NCBI GenBank assembly: GCA_030527285.1
Contig: JAUNBC010000006.1
Span: 1,259 to 65,258 of the forward strand
Length of the DNA: 64,000 nt
DNA from: Bacillota bacterium
GTDB lineage: Bacteria > Bacillota > Dehalobacteriia > UBA4068
Direction: 5' to 3'
A program made the position numbers and the translations under genes. The notes under the pieces were generated by a model. That model saw only the letters and a program-made list of their open reading frames with translations. It was not told the origin of the DNA and did no database searches. This document shows positions 46,070 through 56,411 of this stretch, one piece after another (the first letter of the stretch is position 1; each line of letters opens with the position of its first letter).

Positions 46070-47475
46070 ACTTCCACCTTCGTTTCGATAGTTTGTCCCT
46101 GATAGGAGGCCAACAGCGGCTCGATGCGCCGCGTCAGCAGCCGCTGCACCTGCCGCGCCGCCACGCCGGTATAAGCGGCGGGGTCGAGCAGCTGCGCCAG
46201 CTCCTGCTCGTCAAGGCCAAAGTCCGCGTCGGCGGCGATCAGCCGCAGTAATTCGGCGGCGCCGTTTTGCGCATAGCGGCGGATCTTTTCATGCAGCTCC
46301 TGCCGGTCGCCGCCGGCCTTCACCGCGCGCATCATCAGATTTTCGGTTGCCATGAACGGCAGCTCGGCGGCTAAATTCTCCAGCGCCTTATCGCAATGCG
46401 CCTCCAAACCGCCGCTGATATCCGCGACCAGGTTCAGCACCGCGTCGCAGGCGAGAAAGCCCTCGGCCATAGCGATGCGGCGATTGGCGGAATCGTCAAG
46501 GCTGCGCTCCAGCCATTGGCTGGCGGCGGTCAGCGCCGGATTGAGCGCGTCGGTAATGATATAGCGCGCCAGCGCGCAAATGCGCTCCGCGCGCATCGGG
46601 TTGCGCTTATAGGGCATGGCCGAGCTGCCGACCTGCGCCGCCTGACGCGGCTCGGACAACTCGCCCTCATGCTGCAGCAGCCGTATATCGGTGGCGAATT
46701 TGGAGGCCGACTGGGCGACGCCCGACAGCAGGCCGAGCAGCCGCGCATCGGTCTTGCGCGAATAGGTCTGGCCGGATACGTCCACCGGCTCGCTAAAGCC
46801 CATCTTCTCGGCGATCAGCTGATCGAGCTGCTGCACCCGCGCCGCGTCGCCGTCGAACAACGCCAAAAACGACGCGCCGCTGCCGGTAGTGCCCTTGCAG
46901 CCCAGCGGACGCAGGCTGCCGCGCAGATAGCGCAGGTCGTCGATATCGTCGGCAAAATCCTGCAGCCACAGCGCGGCGCGTTTGCCGATAGTCACCGGCT
47001 GCGCCGGCTGAAAATGCGTATAGCCAAGACAGGGCGCATCCTTGTAGCGGTCGGCAAAAGCGGCCAGCGCGCGCACCACCGCGAACAGCCGCGCCTCGAT
47101 GATATCCAGCGCGGCGGTAAATATCAGTATATCGGCGTTATCGTCCACATAAGCGGAGGTCGCGCCCAGATGGATGATCGGCCGCGCCGTCGGGCAGACC
47201 AGCCCGTAGGCATATACGTGCGCCATCACGTCATGGCGTATCTGCTTCTCCTTGGCCTCGGCGGCGGCAAAGTCGATATCGTCAAGATGCGCGCGCAATT
47301 CCGCTAACTGCTCATCGCTGATCGGCAGCCCCAACTGCTGCTCGGCCTCGGCCAGCATCAGCCATAGACGGCGAAAGGTGCGGAATTTGTATTGATCGGA
47401 GAACAGATAGCGCATCTGGGCTCCGGCATAGCGCCCGGCAAGCGGGGAAATGTAATTATCGCGGCTCTCGGTCAT
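46066..47475 (-). CDS. purB: Adenylosuccinate lyase
   Basis: RHDVMAH, IHLGATS, THFQPAQ, GSSAMPYKRNPM. Confidence 0.96.
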   Translation of the reverse strand: MTESRDNYISPLAGRYAGAQMRYLFSDQYKFRTFRRLWLMLAEAEQQLGLPISDEQLAELRAHLDDIDFAAAEAKEKQIRHDVMAHVYAYGLVCPTARPIIHLGATSAYVDDNADILIFTAALDIIEARLFAVVRALAAFADRYKDAPCLGYTHFQPAQPVTIGKRAALWLQDFADDIDDLRYLRGSLRPLGCKGTTGSGASFLALFDGDAARVQQLDQLIAEKMGFSEPVDVSGQTYSRKTDARLLGLLSGVAQSASKFATDIRLLQHEGELSEPRQAAQVGSSAMPYKRNPMRAERICALARYIITDALNPALTAASQWLERSLDDSANRRIAMAEGFLACDAVLNLVADISGGLEAHCDKALENLAAELPFMATENLMMRAVKAGGDRQELHEKIRRYAQNGAAELLRLIAADADFGLDEQELAQLLDPAAYTGVAARQVQRLLTRRIEPLLASYQGQTIETKVEV

Positions 47476-47530
47476 AGCGTCACCCCCGAAAAAATTATCT
47501 CTGATCATATCATACCCGCCGCTATCAGCA

Positions 47531-48184
47531 TCAGTCGATGCGGGCGGCGAAATCGAGCAGTATCTGCCGCAGCTCGGCCACGCTGTCGGCCACCAGCTCC
47601 GCGCCGGCGGCGGCCAGCGCCTCGCCGCTGCAAGCGCCATAGCTGACGGCGCAGCAGGCGATACCGGCGGCGCGCGCGCAATAGAAGTCGTAGAGGCTGT
47701 CGCCGACGAATATCGACCGCTCGGGCGCGGAGCGGGACAGCTCCATCGCTTTCAGCGCCGGCCCGGGGCCGGGCTTGTGGTCGGGGCAATTCTCGCAGGT
47801 GACGATCACCGAAAAATAGTCATAGACGCCGATATCATGCAGCGTGCTGAAGGCGGCGCGGTCGCGCTTGGAGGTGGCGATGCACAGCGTATGCCCGTCG
47901 TCACGCAGCCGCTGCAACAGCTCGGGTATGCCGTCGAAGGCGCGCGGACGGAGCGGACAGCGGTCAAAATACTCCATGTATTTATCGGCGTACTCGCGCC
48001 CGCGCCCCGCGCCGAGAAACAGCTCGCCGGTATCGGTGAGCGGCATGCCGATGCAGGAGATGATCTGCTCATCGCTGACGCCGCTGATACCCAGCTCGGC
48101 CATCGCGCCGCGCGTGGACATAACGATGATCGGTATAGTATCGGACAGCGTGCCGTCCAGGTCAAAGATAAAAGTACCCGTCAT
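47531..48184 (-). CDS. HAD-family hydrolase
   Basis: FDLDGTL, ATSK, KPGP, VGDSLYD. Confidence 0.9.
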   Translation of the reverse strand: MTGTFIFDLDGTLSDTIPIIVMSTRGAMAELGISGVSDEQIISCIGMPLTDTGELFLGAGRGREYADKYMEYFDRCPLRPRAFDGIPELLQRLRDDGHTLCIATSKRDRAAFSTLHDIGVYDYFSVIVTCENCPDHKPGPGPALKAMELSRSAPERSIFVGDSLYDFYCARAAGIACCAVSYGACSGEALAAAGAELVADSVAELRQILLDFAARID

Positions 48185-49350
48185 TGCTCCTCCCCAACCG
48201 CCGCCAAGCCGGCGCAGGCGGCCTGATATACCTGCTTGACGCTGACCCCGTGCCGCGCGGCAGCCGCCGCGCAATCGTCATATTCGGGGGCGATATTATT
48301 ACCGGACAGCTTGACGCGGATCTCGCCATAAGCGGTAGCGACGGCGACGCTGCGCCGCGGCTGCACGATACGCCGTTCGCGCCTGATGCGCAGGCCGATG
48401 GCCGTAGTCTCGGCAAAGATAGCCGCGATCACCGCCTCGGTGCAGCAGGGCGGCGCAAGCACGCACAGCGCGTAAGCGGGACGCTGCTTTTTCATCATAC
48501 ACGGCGTGTAGCTGATATCCAACGCTCCGGCGGCAAAAGCCCTGTCCCACAGCGCGGCCAGCAATTCGCCGCCGCAATCGTCGATATTGGTCTCCAGCAC
48601 GTCCACCTCGTCGGCGCTATACCCGGCGCTGCCGCCGACCTCGCCCAGCACCGCGCGCAGGATGTTCGGCTGCGGCAGCTGCTTATGCCCCGCGCCGCGC
48701 CCCAGGGCCAGCTGCACGAACGGCGGCGGCGGCTCCTGCCGCGCCCCCAGCGCCTTGAGCAGCGCCGCGCCGGTGGGGGTGATCTGCTCGCCCTCCACGC
48801 CGTTATCACGCAGGCGATAGCCGTCAAGCAGCCGCGCCGTCGCCGGAGCGGGCAGCGGCAGACGGCCATGCGCGCAATCGACGTAGCCGCGCTGCAGCGG
48901 CAGGTCGCCGATATATACCGCGTCGATCGCCAACTGCTCCACCGCCAGCGCCACGCCGCAAATGTCGAGCAGCGAATCGGCCGCGCCCACCTCGTGAAAA
49001 TGCACTTCTTCCATCGTGCAGCCGTGAGCGGCCGCCTCCGCGCGCGCCAGCTGCTCGAAGGCCGCCAACGCCAGCTCGCGGGCGCGCACGCCAAAGCCCG
49101 CTCCCGCTATCATCGCCACGATCTGCGGCCAATGCCGGTGCTGCCGCTCCTCGCTGTACTCGATATCCAGTAATTGCGCCGCCAGCCCGCCGCGCTGCAC
49201 CATCGACAGGCTGATGCGCCACGGCGGCAAGCCCAGGCCGCGCAGGCTGCGGCTGATGCTCTCGATATTCGCGCCCGCCTCGACCAGCGCGGAAAACAGC
49301 ATATCACCGGCCAGGCCGGTCGGCGCGTCCAGATACAAAATTCTACTCAT
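48181..49350 (-). CDS. larC: Nickel pincer cofactor Ni-insertion protein
   Basis: GLAGDM, VHFHEVGAADS, TPTGAA, LETNIDD, MKKQRP, PEYDD. Confidence 0.92.
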   Translation of the reverse strand: MSRILYLDAPTGLAGDMLFSALVEAGANIESISRSLRGLGLPPWRISLSMVQRGGLAAQLLDIEYSEERQHRHWPQIVAMIAGAGFGVRARELALAAFEQLARAEAAAHGCTMEEVHFHEVGAADSLLDICGVALAVEQLAIDAVYIGDLPLQRGYVDCAHGRLPLPAPATARLLDGYRLRDNGVEGEQITPTGAALLKALGARQEPPPPFVQLALGRGAGHKQLPQPNILRAVLGEVGGSAGYSADEVDVLETNIDDCGGELLAALWDRAFAAGALDISYTPCMMKKQRPAYALCVLAPPCCTEAVIAAIFAETTAIGLRIRRERRIVQPRRSVAVATAYGEIRVKLSGNNIAPEYDDCAAAAARHGVSVKQVYQAACAGLAAVGEEQ

Positions 49351-49375
49351 AGCGCTCTCGCTTTCTCCGATCTAT

Positions 49376-50191
49376 TCAGCGGTCCATACTGCCGCTGTAA
49401 AAACCCTGTAAATCAAGGGTCGCGTACTTATAACCCAATTCGCGCAAACAGGCGCTCAATTCCTCGGCGCGCGCCGCCGCCTGCGCTATATACTGCGGCT
49501 GCAGCTCCAGCCGGCACAGCTCGCCATGCGCGCGCAGACGAAATTCCTCGCCCAGCCCGAGCGTGGCAATATACTCCTCCGCCTCCTCGACGCGGCGCAG
49601 CTGCTCTTCGTCCAGCGGCGTATCATAGGGGAAGCGGCTGGCCAAACAGGGGTGCGCCGGCGTTTGCCAGTTGCTCAGGCCCGCCCGCCGCGCCAGATAG
49701 CGCACTTCCTCCTTATTCAAGCCGGCCTCGGCCAAGGGCCGCCATACGCCCAGCTCCTGAGCGGCGCGATTGCCCGGCCGCGGGGATAGCGCGTCGTCGG
49801 CGTTACTGCCGTCGGCGATGCTGGCGACGCTCAGGCTGTCGGCCACGCTGCGCAGCCGCCCCAACAGCAGCCGCTTGCAATAATAGCAGCGCGCGCGCTG
49901 ATTTGCCGCGACCGGCGCCAAAGCCAAGGGCTGCTCGCGAACGACCATCAGCCGGCAGCCGATCTCGGCGGCCATGCTCTCGGCCTGACGGTGATCGGCG
50001 GCGCTTTGCAGCGGCGTGCGGAAATAGACGGCGGTCACACGCCCGTCCAGGCTCCGCCGCGCGGCATAGGCGAGCAAGCTGCTGTCCACGCCGCCGGAGA
50101 AAGCCAGCGCCAAACCCTGTCCGGCGCGCTGGGTCAGCAGCCGCAGCAGCGTTTGCCATTTCTCATCGACTTCCAGCGGATTGATCGACAT
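49376..50191 (-). CDS. larE: ATP-dependent sacrificial sulfur transferase
   Basis: AFSGGVDSS, RCYYCK, DGSNADD..RPG, CLASRFPY. Confidence 0.92.
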   Translation of the reverse strand: MSINPLEVDEKWQTLLRLLTQRAGQGLALAFSGGVDSSLLAYAARRSLDGRVTAVYFRTPLQSAADHRQAESMAAEIGCRLMVVREQPLALAPVAANQRARCYYCKRLLLGRLRSVADSLSVASIADGSNADDALSPRPGNRAAQELGVWRPLAEAGLNKEEVRYLARRAGLSNWQTPAHPCLASRFPYDTPLDEEQLRRVEEAEEYIATLGLGEEFRLRAHGELCRLELQPQYIAQAAARAEELSACLRELGYKYATLDLQGFYSGSMDR

Positions 50192-50210
50192 AGCTACCTC
50201 GCTCCAGGCG

Positions 50211-51194
50211 CTAATACAGCATATTCAGCGGCGCGCTGATCGTAAGCGGCCTGCTGATATCGCTGCCCTCCGGTAAATACTCCCGCTGCTCGCCCTCGAT
50301 CAGTATTTGCACGCTGTCGATACCCTCCACGCCGCACAGCGAATAGACCAGCGCATTGACGAGCATAAACTCAAAGGCCGTACCGCCGCCATAAGCGGTC
50401 AGCTGCTCCGAGAAATCGCAGACGGCGACGCCCTCTTGCAGCTCCAGCCCCAGCAGCTCGGTGCCCGGCCACAATACTCCGGCCAAGCCCTCCGCGCCGC
50501 TTTGATTGAGCAGCGCCGACAGTATCAGCCGCGCCTGCTCCTCGGCTGAAAGCGTATCCGGCACGGCGATGGTGCGCGGCACCAGATACATCGCCTGCCC
50601 GTCGCCAAGATAATAGGTCAGCGGCCGGCTATCCTCCGCCGCCTCCGCCTCGGCCACGGGATTGAGCAGCGGCTCGGACAGCGGCTGCGTGGTGTCGCGC
50701 GCGTCGATAGCGGCGTCAAACAGCTGCAAGCCCTGGCCGTCGATCAATATTTGCAGCTTATAGCCGTCGGTCAGCGGCAGCAGCGTCAGCAGCAGCGCGT
50801 CAACGGCCAGCGGCATCTGCTCGGGCGCGATATCGGCAAAAGAAGCGGTGAAATTGGCGTAGACGGTATCATGAATGGTATAGAGGTCGAGCAGCTTGGT
50901 CTCTACCGTAATCGGGTCAGCGACAAAATCATTGGGCGCACCGGCCAGCAGCAGCTCTACGGCCACCTTGGCCACCTCGGTGGTAGAATTGATGTTGATA
51001 TTCAGCGGCACTAAATATCTGCCATCAAGGGTGGCGTAATAGACGGTGGCCACGGTCTTTTCCTGCGCGGAGACCAGCGGCTGACGCTCCGGCTGCGGCG
51101 CGTCCTCCGGCTCGGCGGCGTCCTTGGGCGCAAGCAGCATATAAGCCAATGCGATGACGGCGACGACTATCGCCACATATACCCAACGTTTCAT
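50211..51194 (-). CDS. GerMN domain protein with two domains
   Basis: N-terminal anchor; YLVP..LLAG; DFSEQL..GG..VYSL..VQILIEG. Confidence 0.8.
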   Translation of the reverse strand: MKRWVYVAIVVAVIALAYMLLAPKDAAEPEDAPQPERQPLVSAQEKTVATVYYATLDGRYLVPLNININSTTEVAKVAVELLLAGAPNDFVADPITVETKLLDLYTIHDTVYANFTASFADIAPEQMPLAVDALLLTLLPLTDGYKLQILIDGQGLQLFDAAIDARDTTQPLSEPLLNPVAEAEAAEDSRPLTYYLGDGQAMYLVPRTIAVPDTLSAEEQARLILSALLNQSGAEGLAGVLWPGTELLGLELQEGVAVCDFSEQLTAYGGGTAFEFMLVNALVYSLCGVEGIDSVQILIEGEQREYLPEGSDISRPLTISAPLNMLY

Positions 51195-51339
51195 TGCGCT
51201 ACCTCCGTAGTTGACTGTGGATTATACTGTATTCTACCATATTTTGCGCGGGAATGGAAATAAGCATGACGCTGCGCCAACAGAAAATCGCCTGTTGAGA
51301 ACGGGATCTGTTCTCCGGCAGGCGATATTCGTAAAACCG

Positions 51340-51777
51340 TTAGCCTAATTGTTCGGGGCCGAACTTATGCGGCAGCAACTCCGCCAGCGTAAACTCGCCG
51401 CTACCCGCGCCGCCGACCAGGATGACGAAATCATCCGCGCAAAACTCGGCCATCATCTGCCGGCATACGCCGCAGGGCGCAAATTCCGCTGCGCCGCCGG
51501 ACGGCTGTCCCGCCGGCCCGCCGCTCACGGCGATGGCTCTGAACTCACGGCAGCCGGCGGCGATAGCCTGCGCAAAGGCCACGCGCTCGGCGCATAAGGA
51601 CGGCGCAAAGGCGGCGTTTTCGATATTGCAGCCGCAAAATATACGCCCGTCGCCGCATAGCAGCGCCGCGCCCACCGTCATCCGCGAATACGGCGCATAG
51701 GCGCGCTGCCGCGCCGCCGCCGCCTGCTCGATCAGCGCCTGACGGTCGATAGCGCCGATAGCGCCGGCCGCCGTCAT
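51340..51777 (-). CDS. cdd: Cytidine deaminase
   Basis: AYAPYS, NIENA, CAERVA, PCGVCRQ. Confidence 0.93.
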   Translation of the reverse strand: MTAAGAIGAIDRQALIEQAAAARQRAYAPYSRMTVGAALLCGDGRIFCGCNIENAAFAPSLCAERVAFAQAIAAGCREFRAIAVSGGPAGQPSGGAAEFAPCGVCRQMMAEFCADDFVILVGGAGSGEFTLAELLPHKFGPEQLG

Positions 51778-52151
51778 TCGACGACAGCGACGGCTTCGAT
51801 CTCCAGTCCCACGTCCTTGGGCAGACGCGCCACCTGCACGCAAGAGCGCGCCGGATAAGGCTGCTGGAAATATTCGCCGTAAACGCCGTTGATCACGGCA
51901 AAATCCGCCATATCGCGGATGAATACCGTCACCTTGACCACGTCGGCAAAAGACGCTCCGCCGGCGGCCAGCACCGCGCCGAGGTTGCTCAGCGCCAAAT
52001 GCGCCTGCTCGCCGATATCCTCGGGTATCGCGCCATCCGTGGTCAGCGGTATCGCGCCGGAGGTGAACAGCAGCCGTCCTTCTTTGATCGCCTGCGAATA
52101 CGGCCCGATCGCCGCCGGAGCCTTGTCCGAATGCACTGATTGTTTGCTCAT
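51774..52151 (-). CDS. RidA/YjgF family enamine deaminase
   Basis: APAAIGPYSQA, PARSCV, EIEAVA. Confidence 0.93.
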   Translation of the reverse strand: MSKQSVHSDKAPAAIGPYSQAIKEGRLLFTSGAIPLTTDGAIPEDIGEQAHLALSNLGAVLAAGGASFADVVKVTVFIRDMADFAVINGVYGEYFQQPYPARSCVQVARLPKDVGLEIEAVAVVE

Positions 52152-52166
52152 ATCTGCCTCCTGTTT

Positions 52167-52829
52167 TTATCTGCCCCGGCGTCTTAAAGCCAGCGGCTTA
52201 TCCAGTATTTCCGCCATCACTATGCTCTGCGCCAGCGACGCGCGGTCAAAGCCCGCCCTGCGCCGCGGCCGCTCCGCGACGGCTGCGCTATGCGCCGCCG
52301 TTTGCAGCGGCGGCGCGATAGCCGCCTGCTGCTGCTGCGGCGGCAGGCCCTGATAGACCAAAGGCGGCGGCGCGGCCAGCGAGCCGTCGCCGACATACGC
52401 CGCAGCCGCGGCCTCGGGCTGCGGGTCAGGCGTATGCGCATGGCGCGGCTGTTTATACAGCGGGTCGCGCTGACGCGGCTCCCTGTATCCCGGGTCGCGC
52501 TGACGCGGCTGTTTATACAACGGCTCGCGCGGCTGCGCTTGCTCAGACGGCGGTTCTTGCAGCCGCGACTGCTCAGACGGCGGTTCTTGCGGCCGCCGCT
52601 CGCTATACGGATGTTCGCTCTCCGGCGAGCCGTCCGTATGCCGCGCATACGGAGGCCGATATTGCCCGGCTTGCTGTCCCTGCTGCGCCAGCCAAGCCGC
52701 CCTGCGCCGCCGTTGCTCCTCCACAGCCTCGCTGTGTCTGGAGCCGCCGCCGCGCCGTCTGGCCGCGCCCCTGCCCGCCGCCGCCGCAAGCACCACGATA
52801 AGCACTACCAGCGACATTAAGCTTTCCAT
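52167..52829 (-). CDS. Membrane-anchored hypothetical protein with decapeptide repeats, downstream of floA
   Basis: N-terminal TM helix; 30-bp tandem units at 52441-52590; C-terminal IVMAEILDKP. Confidence 0.7.
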   Translation of the reverse strand: MESLMSLVVLIVVLAAAAGRGAARRRGGGSRHSEAVEEQRRRRAAWLAQQGQQAGQYRPPYARHTDGSPESEHPYSERRPQEPPSEQSRLQEPPSEQAQPREPLYKQPRQRDPGYREPRQRDPLYKQPRHAHTPDPQPEAAAAAYVGDGSLAAPPPLVYQGLPPQQQQAAIAPPLQTAAHSAAVAERPRRRAGFDRASLAQSIVMAEILDKPLALRRRGR

Positions 52830-52866
52830 GATACATCACCTACTCTTTTCCCGTATCGGGTCGCTG

Positions 52867-53853
52867 TTATTTGCCATCCGTCTTGGGCGTGCCGCTATCG
52901 GCGATGCTCTCTCTCATCTTGGTATCGGAGACGACGTTCATCATATTGTAGTAATCCATCACGCCCAGCTTGCCGCTGCGGAAAGCCTCGGCCATCGCCC
53001 GCGGTACCTCGGCCTCGGCCTCGACCACCTTGGCGCGCATCTCCTGCACGGCGGCGATCATTTCCTGCTCGCGCGCCACGGCCATCGCGCGGCGCTCCTC
53101 GGCCTTGGCCTGCGCGATACGCTTATCCGCCTCGGCCTGGTCGGTCTGCAGCTGCGCGCCGATATTGCGGCCAACGTCCACGTCGGCGATATCAATGGAC
53201 AGTATCTCAAAAGCCGTGCCCGCGTCCAGTCCCTTGCCCAGCACCGTCTTACTGATACGGTCGGGGTTCTCCAGCACGTCCTTATGCGTCTGCGAGGAGC
53301 CGACGGTGGTAACGATACCCTCGCCGACGCGGGCGATGATCGTTTCCTCGCCGGCGCCGCCCACCAGGCGGTCGATATTGGCGCGCACCGTGACCTTGGC
53401 CTTGGCGCGCAGCTCGATGCCATTGATCGCCATAGCCGCGATCACCGGCGTTTCGATGACCTTCGGATTGACCGACATCTGCACCGCCTCCAGCACGTTG
53501 CGTCCGGCCAGGTCGATGGCGGCGGCGCGCTCAAAGGACAGCGGGATATTGGCGCGCTCGGCGGCGATCAGCGCGTTGACCACGCGATCGACGTTGCCGC
53601 CGGCCAGATAATGCGCTTCCAGCTTGGACACCGGCACCGCCAGACCGGCTTTTTCGGCCTTGATCAGCGGATTGACGATCTTGGACGGTATGACGCGGCG
53701 CAGGCGCATACCGATCAGGTCGAACAGCGATACGCGCGCGCCGGCGGCCAGCGCCGAGATCCACAGCCCTACCGGAATGAAACGCAGGACTATCAGCAAC
53801 AGGACGACGATAAGCACTATCAGCCCTATGCCGGACAATGATACAAAGTTCAT
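52867..53853 (-). CDS. floA: Flotillin-like protein
   Basis: [48 protein letters not shown]. Confidence 0.95.
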   Translation of the reverse strand: MNFVSLSGIGLIVLIVVLLLIVLRFIPVGLWISALAAGARVSLFDLIGMRLRRVIPSKIVNPLIKAEKAGLAVPVSKLEAHYLAGGNVDRVVNALIAAERANIPLSFERAAAIDLAGRNVLEAVQMSVNPKVIETPVIAAMAINGIELRAKAKVTVRANIDRLVGGAGEETIIARVGEGIVTTVGSSQTHKDVLENPDRISKTVLGKGLDAGTAFEILSIDIADVDVGRNIGAQLQTDQAEADKRIAQAKAEERRAMAVAREQEMIAAVQEMRAKVVEAEAEVPRAMAEAFRSGKLGVMDYYNMMNVVSDTKMRESIADSGTPKTDGK

Positions 53854-53920
53854 GATTACTCCTCCTTAGTCAATACGATTATCATACAGTTCATTCTGCT
53901 CTTGCCTTGGGCGTCGGGGC

Positions 53921-54700
53921 TTAAATCTCGCGCACTACCACGCGCGTACCCTCGATCAGCGTCACCTCGACCGCCGCCTGCGCCTCGATGAATTCGCCGG
54001 AGCTGACCACGTCGACCTTGCGGCCGTCGATCATCGCCATGCCCGCCGGACGCAGCGTGGTCAAGGCTACGCCGCGCTGCCCCTGTAATTGCGCCAGCGA
54101 GCTGTCGTTGCTGACAAAGCCGTCCTGGTTCCGCTGTTTGTCGAACAGCACTAATTTGCCCCAAACATTGCGCGTTTTGCGATTTTTGAGCGTGAACGCG
54201 ATCACCGCCACCGACACCGCTATCGCCACCAGCATCGACCAAATGGCGGAGCTGGGCTCGGGCGCGGCAAGTATCAGCGCCGACAGCAGCGCGATGATGC
54301 CCAGCCCGCCGGTCAGGCCGAAGCCGGGCACGACGAATATTTCCGCCGCCAGCAGGATAAAGCCGGCGATGAACAGCATCACCTCGACGCCGGTGATATT
54401 ACCGGCCATAGCCGCGCCGGCGAAATAAAGCAAAAAGCTGACCACGCCGACGATACCGAACGCGCCAAAGCTGCCGACGGTGACGACCTCGATGACGATA
54501 CCGGAAACGCCTAATATCAACAGCAGCGTGGCGACGACGTTATTGGTCAGTATCTCCGCCACGCGCGGCATCACCCCCGGCTCGACCACGGTCACGCCGA
54601 CCTCGGCGGCGGCGGCGATATCCGGCAGCAGCAGCGTAAACGCCAATAGCAGCGACGCCGCGGCCAGCGGCGGACGCGCGCCGGATCTTTTGTAGCTCAT
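53921..54700 (-). CDS. NfeD family membrane protein
   Basis: EIFVVPGFG; G.ALTTLRPAG..VDVVSSGEFI. Confidence 0.88.
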   Translation of the reverse strand: MSYKRSGARPPLAAASLLLAFTLLLPDIAAAAEVGVTVVEPGVMPRVAEILTNNVVATLLLILGVSGIVIEVVTVGSFGAFGIVGVVSFLLYFAGAAMAGNITGVEVMLFIAGFILLAAEIFVVPGFGLTGGLGIIALLSALILAAPEPSSAIWSMLVAIAVSVAVIAFTLKNRKTRNVWGKLVLFDKQRNQDGFVSNDSSLAQLQGQRGVALTTLRPAGMAMIDGRKVDVVSSGEFIEAQAAVEVTLIEGTRVVVREI

Positions 54701-54870
54701 AGTATCCCTCCCAGTTCGCCGCAAAATTATTGGCGAACGCTTATTTTCGATCCGCGTACTGTTTAATTATATCATTTATAGCATAGCAAAGAAACCCTTC
54801 ACCTAAATTTCAGCGTATAAACCGCCGCACGCTTCAGCGGGCGGCGCGCCCCTGCCGTTTGCCGAAGCAA

Positions 54871-54909
54871 AAAAAAGCCGCCATTAGGCGGCGCGCCTTG
54901 GCGGCTTTT
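54871..54909 (-). terminator. rpsU terminator with the mini-repeat in its loop
   Basis: AAAAAGCCGCCA-TTAGGCGGCGCGCCT-TGGCGGCTTTT. Confidence 0.75.
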
Positions 54910-54919
54910 AAGTATCAAG

Positions 54920-55096
54920 TTAATTCCATTTGCGCTTTCTTGCGGCTTCGGCTTTTTTCTTTCTTTTAACGCTGGGCTTTTCATAATGCTCATGCTTGCG
55001 GATCTCCGCCATCACGCCCGATTTCTGGCAGGTACGCTTAAAGCGGCGCAGCGCGCTGTCCAAAGACTCGTTTTTACCGACATGAACCTCACTCAT
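54920..55096 (-). CDS. rpsU: 30S ribosomal protein S21 (58 aa, below the ORF-track cutoff)
   Basis: Hand translation [58 protein letters not shown]; RBS GGAGGG. Confidence 0.97.
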   Translation of the reverse strand: MSEVHVGKNESLDSALRRFKRTCQKSGVMAEIRKHEHYEKPSVKRKKKAEAARKRKWN

Positions 55097-55200
55097 TGAT
55101 CTATTTCCCTCCCCTCATGGAGACAACTCTTTTTGCTAAATACCCATGCATTATACCTTATGTTGCGCCCCAAGTCAACTAAATATTCTGCATCAGGCGG

Positions 55201-55557
55201 CTATTGTTGCGTAAACGCGCCCAAATAGCGGCCGCCCAGCAGATGATAATGCAGATGCGGCACTTCCTGACCGCTGTCGGCGCGGCAATTGCTGATCAGC
55301 CGGTAGCCGCTTTTGCCGATGCCCACGGCCTCGGCCAGCTGCGCCGCTACCAGATTGATGCGTCCCACCAGAGCGATATCCTCCTCGCTCATTTCCGCCA
55401 GCGACGGTATATGCTTTTTGGGGATTATCAGTATATGCACCGGCGCTTGCGGATGCATATCGTTGAAAGCGACGATCTGCTCGTCGGCATAGAGAAAATC
55501 GCAGGGGATCTCCCCGCCGGCGATGCGGCAAAAAATACAATCGCTATGCTCCGTCAC
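55201..55557 (-). CDS. Histidine triad nucleotide-binding protein
   Basis: CIFCRI, PQAPVHILIIPK, HLHYH. Confidence 0.93.
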   Translation of the reverse strand: MTEHSDCIFCRIAGGEIPCDFLYADEQIVAFNDMHPQAPVHILIIPKKHIPSLAEMSEEDIALVGRINLVAAQLAEAVGIGKSGYRLISNCRADSGQEVPHLHYHLLGGRYLGAFTQQ

Positions 55558-55616
55558 GATCTCACCCCCTTTATCGTCGATACGCTATTATTCACTAAAA
55601 GCAAGCGCTTTTCCTG

Positions 55617-56282
55617 CTATGCCGGATAATATATCCCCGCCGGCGCTTCAAAAGCCACCGCGCGCAGCGGCGAGCCGTCGGCGTCGATATATTTGAGCGG
55701 CAGCAGCGACAGCAGGAAGCGGTCGCCGGCGATATCGTCCAGGCAGCAGAGGTTCTCGGCGACGATCATCCCCGCGCCGAGCAGGATATTGTGTATCGGA
55801 TAGCTATCGGCCTCACGCTCGTCGTCAATTGAGATAGCGTCGACAGCCACGCCCTGCAAGCCCAGCGAGGCTAAATACTCCGCCGCCTCCACCGACAGCA
55901 CCGGGTAGCCGTCAAAATAAGCAGCGCTACCCCAGAGCTTGTCATAGCCGGTTTTCAGCACCGCGAATTGCGCGTATTTGAGCTTGTCCTCCGCCGCCTT
56001 GAACAGCTCCGCCTCGATGCGCCGCCCGCGATAGCCGCTGACGTCGAACAACATCGCCAGGCCGAAAAACTGCTGCAACGGCAGCTGATCCAAGGTAGCG
56101 CCGTCGGCGAGCATATGCGCCGGCGCATCGCAATGAGTGCCGGTATGGCTCATCAGCAGCAGCGTTTTCTCGCGGCAGGGGTAGCCGCCGCCCAACGGCT
56201 GCGGCTTCAGCTGCGGCGCGAGCATACCCGGATATAGAGGCATATCCTCGGTTATCATATGCGTCAGGTCGATCATTTTCAT
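55617..56282 (-). CDS. Cyclase family (kynurenine formamidase-like) protein
   Basis: HTGTHCDAP, AVDAISID, DGSPLRAVA. Confidence 0.88.
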   Translation of the reverse strand: MKMIDLTHMITEDMPLYPGMLAPQLKPQPLGGGYPCREKTLLLMSHTGTHCDAPAHMLADGATLDQLPLQQFFGLAMLFDVSGYRGRRIEAELFKAAEDKLKYAQFAVLKTGYDKLWGSAAYFDGYPVLSVEAAEYLASLGLQGVAVDAISIDDEREADSYPIHNILLGAGMIVAENLCCLDDIAGDRFLLSLLPLKYIDADGSPLRAVAFEAPAGIYYPA

Positions 56283-56348
56283 CGTCTCGTCCTCCTTAAA
56301 ACGGCGGCTCCGCCGCCCTCATTGCATTGTACCACAACAGTACGAGCA

Positions 56349-56377
56349 TTGGCAAAAGAATTTATATATGCTATAAT
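56349..56377 (+). promoter_or_regulatory. ssnA operon promoter
   Basis: TTGGCA-N17-TATAAT. Confidence 0.55.
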
Positions 56378-56411
56378 TTAAGGTACGAATAAACAGATCG
56401 GAGGTTTGACC

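Noticed and set aside
52441-52590. 30-bp tandem units as a CRISPR array
   Set aside because: Contiguous, in-frame, degenerate coding repeats with no spacers.
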